A DNA stretch of 32,179 bases from Chrysochromulina tobinii (Eukaryota): assembly GCA_001275005.1 (NCBI GenBank), contig JWZX01002060.1:1-32179 (forward strand), in the 5' to 3' direction. Below the pieces are notes generated by a model that saw only the letters and a list, made by a program, of their open reading frames with translations, was not told the DNA's origin and searched no databases. The position numbers and the translations under genes were made by a program. Of this stretch, positions 30,169-32,179 are shown one piece after another; position 1 is the first letter of the stretch, and each line of letters opens with the position of its first letter.

Positions 30169-31218
30169 GTGGCCAGTCCCAACAATCACCGGGTTGTTTT
30201 TCACTTCGAGCTTTGTTCCATGTTCCAAGTCGGACATATAGGCGAGAGTTGGCGATTCCGATTGCTGGTGGCGATCAAGCAAGGCGGGACTAAAAAACCG
30301 GCTTCTTACATATGCGATCGGACTGATCGCGTGAGGAAGGAGAAGCAAGTTAAGAAGCAAGTTGGTGCTCACGGGAACCGGCATCGAGAAGGTGAGACGA
30401 GGGCGGAGGCCGATCAGCGAGTAGCCATTGCCAATGGGCATGCGTCTGAGGCTGACTACAGGAAGGCCCGTGAAAGGGCTTACGCCAAAAACACGGCGCC
30501 CCAAGGGAGTCACAAGGCCATCATACGACTGCGGCTGGTGCCATGTTGCAGCTCGAGCATCTTCGGTCTATCGCGTGGAGTGGAGAAGACACTGGTGCTG
30601 ATGGGCGTGTGGCGTGCATTCCGCTCGTGACCGGTCCGACATGGAGGTCGTTACGGCGGAGGCCGCGCCTCCTACCCCGGGCGCCCAGTGGAACGTCGAC
30701 GCCTGGCTGGACGGCGCCGCTCGCGTCGATACATGGGCGTGGTCGATACACCTCTCTGCTCGATACACCTCGATGGCGCGCGACTACAACATGACCCACG
30801 AGGCGCTGGAGTTCACCACGAACGTCTACGGCTGCACGACGAGAACCAACCAGCAGCGGGTGAGGCAGCCCACATCATCGAGGCAGCCCTGGCTGCGCTC
30901 CCGCCACAGGTCTTTGTCGGATTCGCCCACCAGAACAAGCATTGGTATAAGCCAGCAACCTTTCGCCACATCTTCGAGAAAGGTTTCTGGCCCCTCGGCG
31001 CCACCCAAGCCGCGGTTGCAACCATCGAATCAGCCCTTCCGCTGGGCGGGCGCGTGGCGTTTTGCGTACGAGATTGCGTTCACGAACATGGACTTCTTCG
31101 TGGACCAGGACGCGAGCATCTTCAACCTCCCCGAGGATGCCCCATGGGGCATCTGGGTTTCGCTCACCCTTGGGGGCAGGATCTCCGAACTAGTAAACGG
31201 CTAAAACCACCGGCGTGA
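30169..31218 (+). pseudogene. Possible frameshifted or decayed coding sequence of unknown family
   Basis: Protein-like segments alternate between frames (WNVDAWLDGAARVDTWAWSIHL; AAHIIEAALAALPPQVFVGFAHQNKHWY; AWRFAYEIAFTNMDFF) with no obvious introns between them. Confidence 0.3.
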
Positions 31219-31424
31219 GTGTTCAGTCGATGCCAAATTGCCGTGTGAGCCGGGGTAGTTGGGTAGAGCGATTCCTTGCTCTTCTCTCGCCCCTTCCCTC
31301 CCCCTTCCCCCCCTTCCCCCTCTTGCATGCTCGCCAAACTCTGGACCGGTAGGCGTCGTCGACGGAGCGCCGCCTAGGCGCCCGCGACTACGACGCTCGC
31401 GCCGTCGACGAACAAGACGAAATC

Positions 31425-32179
31425 ATGAGCCTCCTCTCGGCCGTGCTCGGGGGCGGCGACGGGCTGGACCCCGATGCGACGCTGCTCGTCAAGAAGCTCG
31501 GCAAGCGTGACACAATTTCCAAGGTCAAGGCGCTCGGCGAGCTCCGTGAGGCGCTCGAAGCGCACGGTGCAGATTGGTCGGCCGCGCTGCTGCCGCACTG
31601 GGTCATCATCTTCTGCCGGCTCGCCGACGACGGCTCGTGGCAAGTCCGCGAGCAGACATGCTCGGCGCTCAATCTTTTTGCCCAACAGGTGCGTCGGCAG
31701 CTCGCGCCATACCTCAAGCAAATCATCGCGCCGTGGCTGCGCTGCCGCTTCGACCCGCAGGAGAATGTGCGACGGGCAGCGATGGCAGCGTTCACGAGCG
31801 CCTTTCCAGGCGATGGAAAGTACTCGCAGGCGCTCGCTTTCTGCCAGGAGGACCTCGTGCGCTCGCTCGGCGAGGCAGCTCTGGCGCCGCCGGCGCCGCG
31901 GCCTTCGGATGAGGATGCGGCAGCCGAGGCCACCGAGGCGTATAAACGGCTCGTGTCGACGGCTCTGCAGGCGCTCGCGCACCTGATCGCCACGGCCGCA
32001 CCGACCGACACGACGCTCTCCTCGACCATCGAGCCGTCAGCGCCGGCAGCGTCTGGACCGCGCTTCGCTCTCTGTTCGCTCCTCGAGGCAAGTGTGCTGC
32101 TGCCGCCCCTCTGGCGAGTGGGCGGCGGCGGCGGCGGCGGCGGCAAGGAGGGCGGCGGCGGCGGCGGCGGCGGCGGCGG
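31425..32179 (+). CDS. LTN1: E3 ubiquitin ligase listerin (LTN1/Rkr1), N-terminal domain, 3'-partial
   Basis: ATG at 31425: MSLLSAVLGGGDGLDPDATLLVKKLGKRDTISKVKALGEL...LLPHWVIIFCRLADDGSWQVRE...RRQLAPYLKQIIAPWLRCRFDP...AFTSAFP matches the listerin KxLxKxDxxTKxKA, LAPYLK and AFxxAFP motifs. It is absent from the ORF track because there is no stop in the window. Confidence 0.9.
   Translation, partial: MSLLSAVLGGGDGLDPDATLLVKKLGKRDTISKVKALGELREALEAHGADWSAALLPHWVIIFCRLADDGSWQVREQTCSALNLFAQQVRRQLAPYLKQIIAPWLRCRFDPQENVRRAAMAAFTSAFPGDGKYSQALAFCQEDLVRSLGEAALAPPAPRPSDEDAAAEATEAYKRLVSTALQALAHLIATAAPTDTTLSSTIEPSAPAASGPRFALCSLLEASVLLPPLWRVGGGGGGGGKEGGGGGGGGG

Noticed and set aside
21829..32179. HECT ligase plus LTN1 as a functional ubiquitin cluster
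   Set aside because: E3 ligases are numerous in eukaryotic genomes, so adjacency alone is not evidence.

Overview
GC-rich eukaryotic nuclear DNA with spliceosomal introns. The style (GC-AG donors, satellite-filled introns, compact head-to-head gene pairs) suggests a haptophyte alga such as Chrysochromulina; this is inference. About 14 genes were reconstructed by hand splicing: a GBP-family GTPase (partial), NPRL3, an MFS transporter, a MICAL-type FAD monooxygenase, a SAP-domain protein, an intronless Mx-like dynamin, an ARM-like/poly-Q protein, a LamG-domain protein, a DUF3605/HIT-like protein, SmG, a hypothetical membrane protein, a SAM methyltransferase, listerin LTN1 (partial), and a ~12-exon gene that the ORF track mostly misses. 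That gene fuses 18 near-identical armadillo repeats, varying mainly at binding-groove positions, to a HECT E3 ligase with an inserted Tudor-like domain. Two signals stand out. (1) The ARM-Tudor-HECT gene is a candidate diversifying recognition-and-ubiquitination receptor, sharing the window with Mx-like and GBP GTPases. (2) Many introns consist of a copy of the adjacent exon end plus a sense-strand ~10-bp satellite, and several end in a shared fold-back acceptor (CTGATGA-CCTCCC-TCATCAG), which looks like a distinct intron-gain mechanism.
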